Notes under the pieces: model-generated | What the model was told of the DNA's origin: nothing | The model's input: the letters and a program-made list of their open reading frames with translations, nothing else | Databases searched by the model: none | In this document: in pieces, positions 1 to 10,868 of the stretch | How the letters are laid out: every line of letters begins with the position of its first letter | Numbering within the stretch: position 1 is the first letter of the stretch | Position numbers and translations under genes: made by a program | IMG/VR virus record: IMGVR_UViG_3300046816_000070 | Span: 455-64,454 of that record | Length of the DNA: 64,000 bases | Reading direction: 5' to 3' (one strand) | Source of the DNA: a virus | Lineage: Duplodnaviria; Caudoviricetes

Positions 1-507
1 ACCAGTTGCGCCTGTTGGTCCAGTGTAGCCTGTTGGCCCAGTCGGCCCAGTAAACCCAGTAGGTCCCGTCGCTCCCGTTGGTCCTGACGGACCTGTCGCT
101 CCTGTTGCGCCAGTATTCGTAGCAGTGCCAGCCGGTCCCGTGAAGCCTGTAGGTCCTGAGGGTCCAATGGGTCCAACAATAGAGAGCATGAGGGCTTGCT
201 GGCCCGATAGGACCGTAGGGCCTCCGTTCGTCTCACAGAATAGTTCGATCCTGTCATTGCGCACCTGAGAGAAGTTGGTGGTTGCAGTGAGGATTATATT
301 AAAGCGGTCGCCTAAAGTCCAGCCTTGTGCAAAGAAAAAAACCTGCTTCTTATTGGGTTCAAGAGTGATGCTATCAACAGTCGCCGTACCTTGGTCCACA
401 ACGGCATTGACCCCGGAGAGGATTTCCCCCCGCTGCAACCAGTCGCGGTAGTCAATGTCGAAGCGTACTCGATCAGCGACCAGTACGTTACGTTTTGCCA
501 GTAACAT
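1..507 (-). CDS. Collagen-like fibre protein, N-terminal part (runs off window start); N-terminal adaptor domain then G-x-T repeats
   Basis: Hand-translated from ATG at 507: [28 protein letters not shown]... then [16 protein letters not shown] repeats to base 1. The N-terminus resembles ORF 60756..61037. Confidence 0.8.
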   Translation of the reverse strand, partial: MLLAKRNVLVADRVRFDIDYRDWLQRGEILSGVNAVVDQGTATVDSITLEPNKKQVFFFAQGWTLGDRFNIILTATTNFSQVRNDRIELFCETNGGPTVLSGQQALMLSIVGPIGPSGPTGFTGPAGTATNTGATGATGPSGPTGATGPTGFTGPTGPTGYTGPTGATG

Positions 508-668
508 CAGTGCTTCCTACTTCTCTGCGTCACATAGAACACGTTGCTCACAACCGGCACGACGAACGTATCCGGCTGATCCGGCAGAGAAGCGAAGTCG
601 CACGACGCCTCAGAAGGCGGGACTAGGAACGTGTTATCCCCCGGCTGTGCATCCAGTTCGTTTCCCAT
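507..668 (-). CDS. Small hypothetical protein (53 aa)
   Basis: Hand-translated [18 protein letters not shown]...QRSRKH. Fills the gap between genes, and its TGA overlaps the next ATG (TGATG). Confidence 0.55.
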   Translation of the reverse strand: MGNELDAQPGDNTFLVPPSEASCDFASLPDQPDTFVVPVVSNVFYVTQRSRKH

Positions 669-669
669 A

Positions 670-1326
670 TCACGGTCCTAACACACCACTTTTTTTCAAG
701 TCATCAATCAGCGCCTTGAGGGCTTGCGCGATGTTTGCTTGCGATGCCGTAGTAGTATCATGGGTTGATCGGTCAGGAATACCAGTCCAAGAAGCCCAGC
801 CGCTTTGTGGGCCAGTCGGTCCACCCGGAGAACCAGTCGGACCCGTTGGACCCCCGCTGGGACCAGTCGGACCAGTCGGTCCACCCGGAGGGCCTTGCGG
901 ACCTGTATCTCCATCAAAGCCATCTACACCAGCATGGCCAGTAGGGCCAGTAGGGCCAGTGGACCCCGGAGACGGGCCGGTAGCGCCAGTAGCGCCTGTA
1001 TTTGCAGCGGTACCCGCAGGGCCAGTAGGGCCAGTACGGCCAGTAGGGCCAGTAAAGCCCGTAGGGCCATCGTCGCCGTTCGGGCCTGTTGCGCCTATCC
1101 CCGGAGGGCCAGTAAAGCCCGTAGGGCCTGCCACTGAGGAGGCCGCGCCCTGTGGCCCAATAGAGCCTGTGGGGCCTGTCGCCCCCGTAAATGTGGGCGC
1201 GGTTGGACCTGTAGGACCGGTTACTCCGGTCGCTCCTGTAGGGCCACCTGCCGGTCCCGTAGGACCATTGGCAACCACCACCGGTAAGGCGGAAACTGGG
1301 GACGGAACACTCTGAAACACAGGCAT
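670..1326 (-). CDS. Collagen-like virion protein (GPT repeats, C-terminal helix [12 protein letters not shown])
   Basis: Interrupted G-x-T triplet repeats, located in the structural module. Confidence 0.8.
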   Translation of the reverse strand: MPVFQSVPSPVSALPVVVANGPTGPAGGPTGATGVTGPTGPTAPTFTGATGPTGSIGPQGAASSVAGPTGFTGPPGIGATGPNGDDGPTGFTGPTGRTGPTGPAGTAANTGATGATGPSPGSTGPTGPTGHAGVDGFDGDTGPQGPPGGPTGPTGPSGGPTGPTGSPGGPTGPQSGWASWTGIPDRSTHDTTTASQANIAQALKALIDDLKKSGVLGP

Positions 1327-1362
1327 TTGGACACCCTCTTTGCGGACCCTACCGCCGATCAG

Positions 1363-3570
<2,208 letters not shown>

Positions 3571-3571
3571 G

Positions 3572-4276
3572 TTAGAACCTCTGATCCTGACCGGTACTGA
3601 CGTTCAGATACCCGCGTTGTGTGTTGGTTCGGTAGTCGCGCGGGAAGCACCAAGACTGGCCACCCTGCGAATTGGCGGCGAGAGTGGCGCTGCGCAGACG
3701 CGCGATGCCCTCTTGGAACCGCTTTAGATGGTACGTCCCTAGCGTGTCGTTGCTGTATGACTTATTCTGAGAACTCATCATCTTGCCGAGGATACCATCG
3801 AGAATGTAGCGACCCCAGACCGGCAGAACCCAGTCAGGCCCTATCGGCGTCTGGTCGCGGGTCGTCGGGAGGGTGACATTTTTGATGACAACGACCTGTA
3901 ATGCCGTAGGCGTGTTAGGCGGAAAGCCGAGTTTAACAGTCCCGATAGTGGGCATAATAGCACTGACCGGGGTGAAGGCACCGAGATTTCCACCCGGAGA
4001 AGCGGCTTTGGCGGCGATGAACGCTGCATTGGTCGGGAACAGAGAGTTGGATAGAACCGCACCCAGCCTAATGATCTGGCCTTCGGTGGGTTCAACAATA
4101 TACTCCTGTTGGTAGGCGACCGCATCAATCGGGACACTTTCCTGCCACCCCGACGATATATCGAAAAACTCATGGAGTACATCGAACAACTCCGCTTTGA
4201 TTGCGGCAGAGGACGCCCCGGTCAACTTGACCGTGGCTTGGTTCAACAGTTTGCGTACATCTTGCTGTGCTAACAT
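3572..4276 (-). CDS. Head-tail adaptor / tail tubular protein A-like
   Basis: Downstream of the capsid gene, with a C-terminal ILDGILGKMM...KSYSN...Y...F pattern typical of podovirus adaptors. Confidence 0.55.
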   Translation of the reverse strand: MLAQQDVRKLLNQATVKLTGASSAAIKAELFDVLHEFFDISSGWQESVPIDAVAYQQEYIVEPTEGQIIRLGAVLSNSLFPTNAAFIAAKAASPGGNLGAFTPVSAIMPTIGTVKLGFPPNTPTALQVVVIKNVTLPTTRDQTPIGPDWVLPVWGRYILDGILGKMMSSQNKSYSNDTLGTYHLKRFQEGIARLRSATLAANSQGGQSWCFPRDYRTNTQRGYLNVSTGQDQRF

Positions 4277-4690
4277 TTACTTACCCGCCTGTCCGCGACC
4301 GGGCGGCGACATGATCGCCTGCGCTCCGGTACCAATCAACATCGAATTGAACGCTGACATAAATGCTGTGGCGCGACTGTCCTCAATATCCTCTTGGTCG
4401 CGCATGAGCGCGTGAGCAACGGTCCCGAACACGAAGGCCAACCGGAAGGCAGGCTCCATGTGAAACTCCTCGTTGTCGTTGGAATTGAAGCTAGGCACAC
4501 GATCATGCCCATGCCGGTACACGAATAGGTCCGGGCGGATACGCCGGGCTTCTAATATGGTGGTATTGAAGGCCACCAGCAAGGAGGGGTCGTCATACCG
4601 GTATGGCTGAATTACGTCTTGGAGGAGGGTCCGGGCATCAGAGATATAGTCGGATACCGTCTCCAACGTGTCGTTATCAAAGTCGCTCAT
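4277..4690 (-). CDS. Head-tail connector-type virion protein
   Basis: ARTLLQD...RY.D..L....N.......RRIRPDLF pattern. Start moved to ATG 4690, which has an AGGGG SD. Confidence 0.55.
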   Translation of the reverse strand: MSDFDNDTLETVSDYISDARTLLQDVIQPYRYDDPSLLVAFNTTILEARRIRPDLFVYRHGHDRVPSFNSNDNEEFHMEPAFRLAFVFGTVAHALMRDQEDIEDSRATAFMSAFNSMLIGTGAQAIMSPPGRGQAGK

Positions 4691-4734
4691 GTCGGCCCCT
4701 GAGTTATAGGAACCCCAGCTATAACTCACAGGGG

Positions 4735-4749
4735 TTAACGATTTAATAA
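4735..4749 (-). promoter_or_regulatory. CtrA-type box (1 mismatch), late promoter
   Basis: TTAA-cgattta-ATAA on the plus strand. TATAGCT lies 11 nt downstream on the minus strand. Confidence 0.6.
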
Positions 4750-4751
4750 GG

Positions 4752-4776
4752 AAAAGGCCGGGTTTTACCCCGGCCC
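4752..4776 (-). terminator. Rho-independent terminator after major capsid gene
   Basis: Minus strand GGCCGGG-gtaaaa-CCCGGCC followed by TTTT. Confidence 0.7.
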
Positions 4777-4801
4777 TATCCGTGTTGCGTACTCGGGGCT
4801 A

Positions 4802-5806
4802 TTAGTTGCCCGGAGTGACCTGAGCCTGAACGAGCGCCTTGCCGTCGAGGATTTGGTATCCATAGACTTGCAGGCCGCGCAGGATTTGGCCGAACGTCAA
4901 CTCTGACCGCAAGGTTTCGACCTTGCTGATCTGTGAAGCAAACGTCAGTCCGTGGGCGTGACCGGCATAGATCGGCCATTCGCCTACGTTGAAGTTGGCA
5001 GGCTGCGAACTGTTGTTCGGCAGCAAGTTGCTGATGTAGATCGTGAACCGATCCACCATGCCCAACCGACCGTTGCGCAGCATCGAAACGCTGTCACCGG
5101 ACAGATAAGCCTGTCGCAACTCAGACTGCTTGATCTGACGACCCGCCCAAGCAGGCAGAACGACCCAGCGGCCTTCCTCGGGGATATTCTGCTCGTCGAG
5201 GACCTGCCCCATACGCATCAGAACGTCCAAGAGTTCGATCTGGCCACCAGTCGGGTTCTTGGAGACAACCGTCAGCGGAGCGCCTTGGACACCCAAGTTC
5301 AACGACGCGGTGATGACACCGGCAGTCGTGCCTTGGTTGGCCGCAGCCATACCACCGTAGATGCCGCCCAGAACGTCTTGGTCAACCGCGATCTTTAGCT
5401 GTTGAGCCGCGTCGTCTGACCAGATGGAGAGAATATTCAGATCGCTCTGAACTTCCATCACGTCATCGAGGATCAGCGAGAAGTACTTGCCGTTACCGAT
5501 GAACAGTTCGACAGAACCACCGCTCGGACGATCCAAAGCCAGCAACCCGTCCGCGCCGTAGTTGCGGATCGTGATGGTCGGCTTCGTACGGATTTTAACC
5601 CGGTCGCCCTTATTTTTGATTTCGCCTTCGTAGTCGGTATTGGAAATCGCCGCCAGCACAGTGCTAGCGTAGAACTTCTCAACCAACTTGCCCGACCAAA
5701 TTTCTGGAATAAATCCAGTAGCTTGGAGGGTATTGCCCGAACCACCGGACGGATAGACCGGTACGTTGGTCGGTGCAATAGGAAACGCGCCGCTCGGAAT
5801 AGCCAT
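4802..5806 (-). CDS. Major capsid protein (P22 coat-like, HK97 fold)
   Basis: FIPEIWSGKL, NTDYEGEI..GD.V.I, LDEQNIPEEGRW and RGLQVYG motifs, downstream of the scaffold gene. Confidence 0.9.
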   Translation of the reverse strand: MAIPSGAFPIAPTNVPVYPSGGSGNTLQATGFIPEIWSGKLVEKFYASTVLAAISNTDYEGEIKNKGDRVKIRTKPTITIRNYGADGLLALDRPSGGSVELFIGNGKYFSLILDDVMEVQSDLNILSIWSDDAAQQLKIAVDQDVLGGIYGGMAAANQGTTAGVITASLNLGVQGAPLTVVSKNPTGGQIELLDVLMRMGQVLDEQNIPEEGRWVVLPAWAGRQIKQSELRQAYLSGDSVSMLRNGRLGMVDRFTIYISNLLPNNSSQPANFNVGEWPIYAGHAHGLTFASQISKVETLRSELTFGQILRGLQVYGYQILDGKALVQAQVTPGN

Positions 5807-5863
5807 TGTAGGCCCCTACGTTTGTGGGGGCCTACGCATTATTGCGTGGTTCTGGCCCCCGGA

Positions 5864-6970
5864 TTAGCGAATACGTCCCTCGCGCTGAGCCAAGAAGATG
5901 GCCTGCTCGGTTGCGTTCTTGTCCGCTTCTCGGCCCCGGTACACACCGGCCCGAACATCGGAATAGAATTTTGCAACTTGAGGACGTGTGAAAGATTGTT
6001 TATCGTCGGCGGGCGCAGGCGTGTTTCCACCACTTGCGGGTCGCGCTCTGCCGGGTGCAGCCATCGTTTCCAAACTTGCAGCCGCAACGCGAGGAGCCGG
6101 GGACGGCTGCTCTAGGGCTACAGGCGGTTCGATATTGCCCGTGGCAACTTCATCGTCGATGAAGCCTTTGAAAAATGCCAACACCCGAGGAGCCGAAGCT
6201 GCTGCGAACGCGGCATCTAGCATCTGTTTCCTTACCACGCCTGAGTAAATATCTGGTAAAGATAGCCATTGGCGGAAGCGCGGGGAGCGATTTATTTCAC
6301 GCCAGTTGGTGATCGCACCATCCAAAGCGTTGATAACTCCTTGCTGTTGCTGCTGAACTAGCCGTTGGGTCAACTGCTGGTTCTCTTGCTTCACGGCGTT
6401 GAGTTCCGGCTCGACGGCCTCGCGGGCAGCCCGTTTGGTCAAGTCGATCAGATCATCGCCGTAGTTTCGGCGGTCGTCCTCCGTAACCAGCGAATGGGGG
6501 GTCTGGGTCGGCGTATTGGCAGGCTGGTTGAGCATAGCCTGCGTACGGGTGAGTTCGTTCGCCATCAGGCTCATCTGCTCCTGCATCTGCGCCATAACAC
6601 CTTGGGAGGCGTCGTAGCGGCCTTTCATGGAGCGGAAGCGATGTTCCCACTGCTCGTCGGACACGGGCGCGGCGGGTGCGGCGGGCGCGGCGACCGGTTG
6701 GTTGACCGGTTCCGCAGGGGCAGAAGCCCTTGATTTTGCTCGCGTTTTAGGCGCAGGAGCAGGTTCTACGACCGGTTCTACGACCGGTTCCGGGGCAGCC
6801 TGTACAGGCTCAGGTTCAGCGGGGGCCGCAGCCGGTTCGGCTGGCGGGGTCTGCTGGTAATAGGCTTCCGCCCTCGCGGCGGCTTGCTTGACGCTATCTG
6901 GGATTTTTACGCTGGGGTCGATGGGGGCGCGTGGGGTGTCCTTCGCATCGACTGAAATATCGACTGGCAT
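5864..6970 (-). CDS. Capsid scaffolding protein
   Basis: Pro/Ala/Glu-rich N-terminus, coiled coil and C-terminal AQREGRIR, immediately upstream of the capsid gene. Confidence 0.7.
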   Translation of the reverse strand: MPVDISVDAKDTPRAPIDPSVKIPDSVKQAAARAEAYYQQTPPAEPAAAPAEPEPVQAAPEPVVEPVVEPAPAPKTRAKSRASAPAEPVNQPVAAPAAPAAPVSDEQWEHRFRSMKGRYDASQGVMAQMQEQMSLMANELTRTQAMLNQPANTPTQTPHSLVTEDDRRNYGDDLIDLTKRAAREAVEPELNAVKQENQQLTQRLVQQQQQGVINALDGAITNWREINRSPRFRQWLSLPDIYSGVVRKQMLDAAFAAASAPRVLAFFKGFIDDEVATGNIEPPVALEQPSPAPRVAAASLETMAAPGRARPASGGNTPAPADDKQSFTRPQVAKFYSDVRAGVYRGREADKNATEQAIFLAQREGRIR

Positions 6971-6995
6971 GGTAGTCTCCTATACGCACACGGCT

Positions 6996-7232
6996 TTATT
7001 GCGGTGTGGGTTGATCGGTCTTGTCGCACTCTACAAACAACCTCATCAGGGACCTTAGCTGTTGGCACCGGCCTTGCTGGACGAGGATTTGGTCGCTGGT
7101 CGCTTCGGAGAGTGCCTTCAAAGCGTCCATCGTGTAGTCATTGAGTTGGTTCAAGAAGTTCTCAAACCCCTCAGGATTGGCATTACGCAGCGAGAGCATC
7201 GTCAACTTTAGATCACGATATTGTGAACTCAT
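6996..7232 (-). CDS. Small head-region protein (QGRCQQL motif)
   Basis: Helical 78-aa ORF coupled to its neighbours, a type common between portal and scaffold. Confidence 0.55.
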   Translation of the reverse strand: MSSQYRDLKLTMLSLRNANPEGFENFLNQLNDYTMDALKALSEATSDQILVQQGRCQQLRSLMRLFVECDKTDQPTPQ

Positions 7233-7438
7233 TACATTCCATCTTGATCGGTATCACCCCCGAAAGAGGAAACGCCCTGCATTGGCGATGAAGGATTAGC
7301 CATAGGGGTGGACTTGGCATAATCGTTGATCGAGGCGCTATTATAGTTGGGGGCAAAGGGTTTTGAGCCTTTTCCCGCATGTTTGACGATTGAGCCGCCC
7401 TTCGTGAGCGGCGTCAGGTGCTTCTTGAGAACGGCCAT
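7232..7438 (-). CDS. Small hypothetical protein
   Basis: Stop/start overlaps with both neighbours. Confidence 0.55.
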   Translation of the reverse strand: MAVLKKHLTPLTKGGSIVKHAGKGSKPFAPNYNSASINDYAKSTPMANPSSPMQGVSSFGGDTDQDGM

Positions 7439-7644
7439 CAGCTTTCTCCCGTCTTTCCGGTATCGCCAAAGCCAGCGTTGACCTTGGGGACATTCAATGA
7501 TTTCGAGTACTGCGTTACGTTCTCGGCAGGCTTGATGCGCGGACTACGCAGAGACGGTGGTCGAGTACCCAACGCGAACCGCGTAAAACTGGGAGCCGAG
7601 GATTGCCTCGGCCCACTGATCTTGATCCTGACCGGGCCAGCCAT
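7438..7644 (-). CDS. Small basic hypothetical protein
   Basis: Tightly packed in the operon, with a TGATG overlap. Confidence 0.55.
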   Translation of the reverse strand: MAGPVRIKISGPRQSSAPSFTRFALGTRPPSLRSPRIKPAENVTQYSKSLNVPKVNAGFGDTGKTGES

Positions 7645-7653
7645 TGGACAGCC

Positions 7654-7875
7654 TTATCGGGCGCTGGTAATTCCGCCCTGCGCAGGCAGAGCGCCGGTAA
7701 AACCGAACATCTTGCCCTTGCCGCCAGCGGCGAACTTCGCACCCGGCGCACTATCCTTTGCAGAATGGTCGCGCGTGGTGCCCTGCTCCGCAGGCTCCGC
7801 AGCCTGTTCAGAGAACATATGCGTCTTTCCGCCCTTGGCGAACTCGACGTTATGTGACTTTTCGTTGGTAGCCAT
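7654..7875 (-). CDS. Small protein with two FAxGGK repeats
   Basis: EFAKGGKTHMF and KFAAGGKGKMF, with a GGGAG SD. Confidence 0.65.
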   Translation of the reverse strand: MATNEKSHNVEFAKGGKTHMFSEQAAEPAEQGTTRDHSAKDSAPGAKFAAGGKGKMFGFTGALPAQGGITSAR

Positions 7876-7920
7876 GTGAGTACTCCCGGTGAATAGTACC
7901 GGGAGGTAATCACACGAACC

Positions 7921-7935
7921 TTAAGGGAAGGTTAA
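7921..7935 (-). promoter_or_regulatory. Perfect CtrA box, late promoter for head genes
   Basis: TTAA-gggaagg-TTAA. One half-site contains the TAA stop of the epimerase gene. Confidence 0.75.
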
Positions 7936-8942
7936 AAGAGGCGGTCTTTCCACGTCTTGGGGGTCTGCCCGTTCACAATCTCCAAGTCCAGATGGTACTT
8001 GAAGGGCTTGGGGCCACGGGCAACAATCGCGAGCAACATCTTTTCCAAGCCAACCCGTAGAGGCGTTTTTGTCTCGTAGCCTAGCAACCGTCGCACCTTG
8101 TCAGAGGAACATAGTGCTACCTTCACTTCTTGCGGACGACCGGGCATGTATTTCGGAGCAAGAACGAAGTGGTCGAGCAGCGAGGCAATCTCGCGGGCAA
8201 GAGCGTTGATCGAGATTGGCTCCTCATCGGGACCGATGTTGATGACTTGCCCAACCACATTATTCTCGAACGCCATTGCCTTGAGGCAGGTGATGCAGTC
8301 ATCGACGTACGAAAAACACCTCTGCTGGGTCCCATCACCATAGATCACCGGTTGCCTTCCTTGCAGCATCATATTCATCATTATGGACGCCACGTTGCGG
8401 TAGGGGTCGTCGTACTTCTGTCGCGGCCCGATGATGTTATGCGGGACTGCGATGACGTGTTCTACCATGTGCGTGACGCACAGGTTTGATAGGAACTGTT
8501 CGACGGCGAGTTTTCCGATGCCGTACGGGTCTTGTGGTCTGCAAGTCATATTCTCCTTGAACGGCGGCAATAACGCTCCGTATCGGGCCATCGAGGAACA
8601 GATCACTATACGCTTCAAACCATTCGATATGGCTGCGGAGATTACCGAGACACTCGCTCCGACTATATTCTGTGTTACAACATGCGGTGAGAATACGCTC
8701 AAGCCTTCGTACGCGGTCGCGGCGCAGTGAAAAAGAATATCGCATCGTTTCATTAACTCCTTCACGGTTGAGAAGTCGTTGCAGTCAACTTGGTGGAACT
8801 CTACGTCGCTGGGCACATTGTCCAGTTCGCCGCCGATCATATTGTCGATACCCACGACCTTATGACCGTCAGCGATCATGGCGTCAGCGAGGTGGCTGCC
8901 GAGGAACCCGGCAACCCCCGTGATGAATATCCTACTTGGCAT
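7932..8942 (-). CDS. NAD-dependent nucleotide-sugar epimerase/dehydratase (extended SDR)
   Basis: ITGVAGFLGS (GxxGxxG), catalytic YGIGK (YxxxK), NIIGP and IYGDGTQQR..SYVDD. Confidence 0.9.
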   Translation of the reverse strand: MPSRIFITGVAGFLGSHLADAMIADGHKVVGIDNMIGGELDNVPSDVEFHQVDCNDFSTVKELMKRCDILFHCAATAYEGLSVFSPHVVTQNIVGASVSVISAAISNGLKRIVICSSMARYGALLPPFKENMTCRPQDPYGIGKLAVEQFLSNLCVTHMVEHVIAVPHNIIGPRQKYDDPYRNVASIMMNMMLQGRQPVIYGDGTQQRCFSYVDDCITCLKAMAFENNVVGQVINIGPDEEPISINALAREIASLLDHFVLAPKYMPGRPQEVKVALCSSDKVRRLLGYETKTPLRVGLEKMLLAIVARGPKPFKYHLDLEIVNGQTPKTWKDRLF

Positions 8943-10212
8943 GACGGATCAGCATCGTGTAGGCATGATCGGGTTCAGCGCGAGACTTGAACGCTTCCCA
9001 CTCATAGCCGGGCGGTAGAAAATTACCCAGCCGTTGCGGAGCCTCATTTATATCCTCGCAGATGAACAGACCGTCCTTCGCCAAGTACGGCAGAAGAATA
9101 TTGGCCGTCAGAATTTGGTGTTCCAGCACATGCGACCCGTCATCACAGATCACATCAAATGGGCCACCTAACAACCGATGCACACCGCCAATGAGAGAGG
9201 AGGCAACGCTCTGGTCAACCAGATCAGTCTTGATCCGCTTCTCGCCTTCAATCATCACCTCAGGCGCTATATCCCACCCGTAGATCATGGCGTTGGGGAA
9301 GAACGACCGCCACATATACAGGCTCGCGCCGTACGGCCAATAAGCATTGTAGTGCTGGGCCTTGTACCCGATGCCAACTTCCAGCACCTTCTTGACTGTG
9401 GCGCATTTATCTTTGAGCGCCTTGTAGTAGTGGGGCGTGTAACAGTGGTGAGGGCCTTTGTCCGTGTTGAAGAAGTAGGCGGCGCTACAGAGAGGCGTCT
9501 CCGGGGGGATACCACGGAAATTCACGAACTGGGTATTGTCATGGTTCGCACTGTAACTGACAAACGGGATTTCGAGAGTATGGTTCTTCTCAACCATCGC
9601 CCAGACTGGCAGATCATTCGGGACGGCTTGTATCTCCGATATGATCTTCGACGCTTCCTCCTTATAGGCGCGGTCAATGGCAGGCAGCCACTTGGTTGGC
9701 CAGATGTGGGTCGAACCAACGAACCGCCAGTTGATCCCACGAAAATCAATCGGGCCTTGTCCCCAGATCGCCGGGAACGGAACTATATCTCCCATATCTG
9801 CATTGCGCAGGCGGTTGAGAAACTCCCGAATGATCTGCTCGGTGACAGGGCGACCGGTCCAATCACCCTGCTTGAGAACGCCTAGGTCCAACCACACCCA
9901 AATGTCCACGTCCGGGTATTCTGCCATCGCCTGCATGGCCCAACTGGTACGCTGGTGCTGAACAATGTTGGACTTCACGTTGTCTCGATCAGTCGGATAC
10001 CGGTCACGCGGAACGTCCGGGTTAGCTGGTGGCAAATCAACTGCCATTGACAACCAGCAATTACTGAACGGGTACTCATCAAACATAACGAAGTCCCCGT
10101 CGCAAGCGCGTTCGAGGCGCTTCCCGAGTTCGTGATACTTGGCTGAGGACAGGTGCGAGACGTTGAGAGGAACGTACGCAGTAACAACCTTTACTTTATT
10201 AGGCATGGTCAA
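8932..10212 (-). CDS. HtrL/YibB-family putative glycosyltransferase fused to SAM-dependent sugar O-methyltransferase
   Basis: N-terminal half has WVWLDLG and WRFVG and is paralogous to 10209..10868. C-terminal half has TDK..H.Y...Y, VLEVGIG, GASLYMW..FFP and DDGSH, as in MycE-like O-methyltransferases. Confidence 0.75.
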   Translation of the reverse strand: MTMPNKVKVVTAYVPLNVSHLSSAKYHELGKRLERACDGDFVMFDEYPFSNCWLSMAVDLPPANPDVPRDRYPTDRDNVKSNIVQHQRTSWAMQAMAEYPDVDIWVWLDLGVLKQGDWTGRPVTEQIIREFLNRLRNADMGDIVPFPAIWGQGPIDFRGINWRFVGSTHIWPTKWLPAIDRAYKEEASKIISEIQAVPNDLPVWAMVEKNHTLEIPFVSYSANHDNTQFVNFRGIPPETPLCSAAYFFNTDKGPHHCYTPHYYKALKDKCATVKKVLEVGIGYKAQHYNAYWPYGASLYMWRSFFPNAMIYGWDIAPEVMIEGEKRIKTDLVDQSVASSLIGGVHRLLGGPFDVICDDGSHVLEHQILTANILLPYLAKDGLFICEDINEAPQRLGNFLPPGYEWEAFKSRAEPDHAYTMLIRHAK

Positions 10213-10868
10213 CCTTTGCTATAGTTAGTGAACATAGTTTCGTTGTGGTCAGCTTCGTACCAACGGATCGCTGTGGCACCGTACTTCTCTACTCGCGCCA
10301 AGTCATTCACTTCCCACGTCATCTTCATCTTGAGACGCAGGTTGCGCATCGTACGATCCTTGAACTCCCGGTCGAGTTGCAGCAGCTTGCTGCGCGGCAC
10401 GACAGCCAGCCCGCCGCAGAAACGCCAGTGTGGGATGCTGTCATCTATAGGCCGGTCGCGCCCCCAGCAGCCGGGGATCGCCAGATCATCCTTCTTCACT
10501 GTGGACAGAAAGTTGTTCAAGACTTCGATAGTAACGCCGGGTACATGCAAGATGCCATAGTCGAGCCATACGAATACGTCTGCTTCTCTGTCGATCAGAG
10601 AGGCGGCTCCAAGCCACTCGAATTTTTGGTGGTTGACTATGTGGTACGCGGGCGTGTTTTTCTTTGGGTTGTCGGCAAAGTGGTGCGTTGGCCACACGGG
10701 CATTTCGCTTACCTGCTTCCATAGCCAGCAATCCTCCACAGTGTTGTAGAACGCCTTGAGCGGAGCGTTCAGCGCCTTCAACTGGATGCCGAGGGCACTG
10801 TATTCCTCGGGCGGGCGCGGATGCTTTGGGATCGGCACGAAGCCGGTTACTACCCTGATTTTAGTCAT
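10209..10868 (-). CDS. HtrL/YibB-family putative glycosyltransferase
   Basis: VVTGF, Y.IVNHQKFEWL, FVWLDYGILH, WRFCGG, WEVN and ADHN motifs. Confidence 0.75.
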   Translation of the reverse strand: MTKIRVVTGFVPIPKHPRPPEEYSALGIQLKALNAPLKAFYNTVEDCWLWKQVSEMPVWPTHHFADNPKKNTPAYHIVNHQKFEWLGAASLIDREADVFVWLDYGILHVPGVTIEVLNNFLSTVKKDDLAIPGCWGRDRPIDDSIPHWRFCGGLAVVPRSKLLQLDREFKDRTMRNLRLKMKMTWEVNDLARVEKYGATAIRWYEADHNETMFTNYSKG

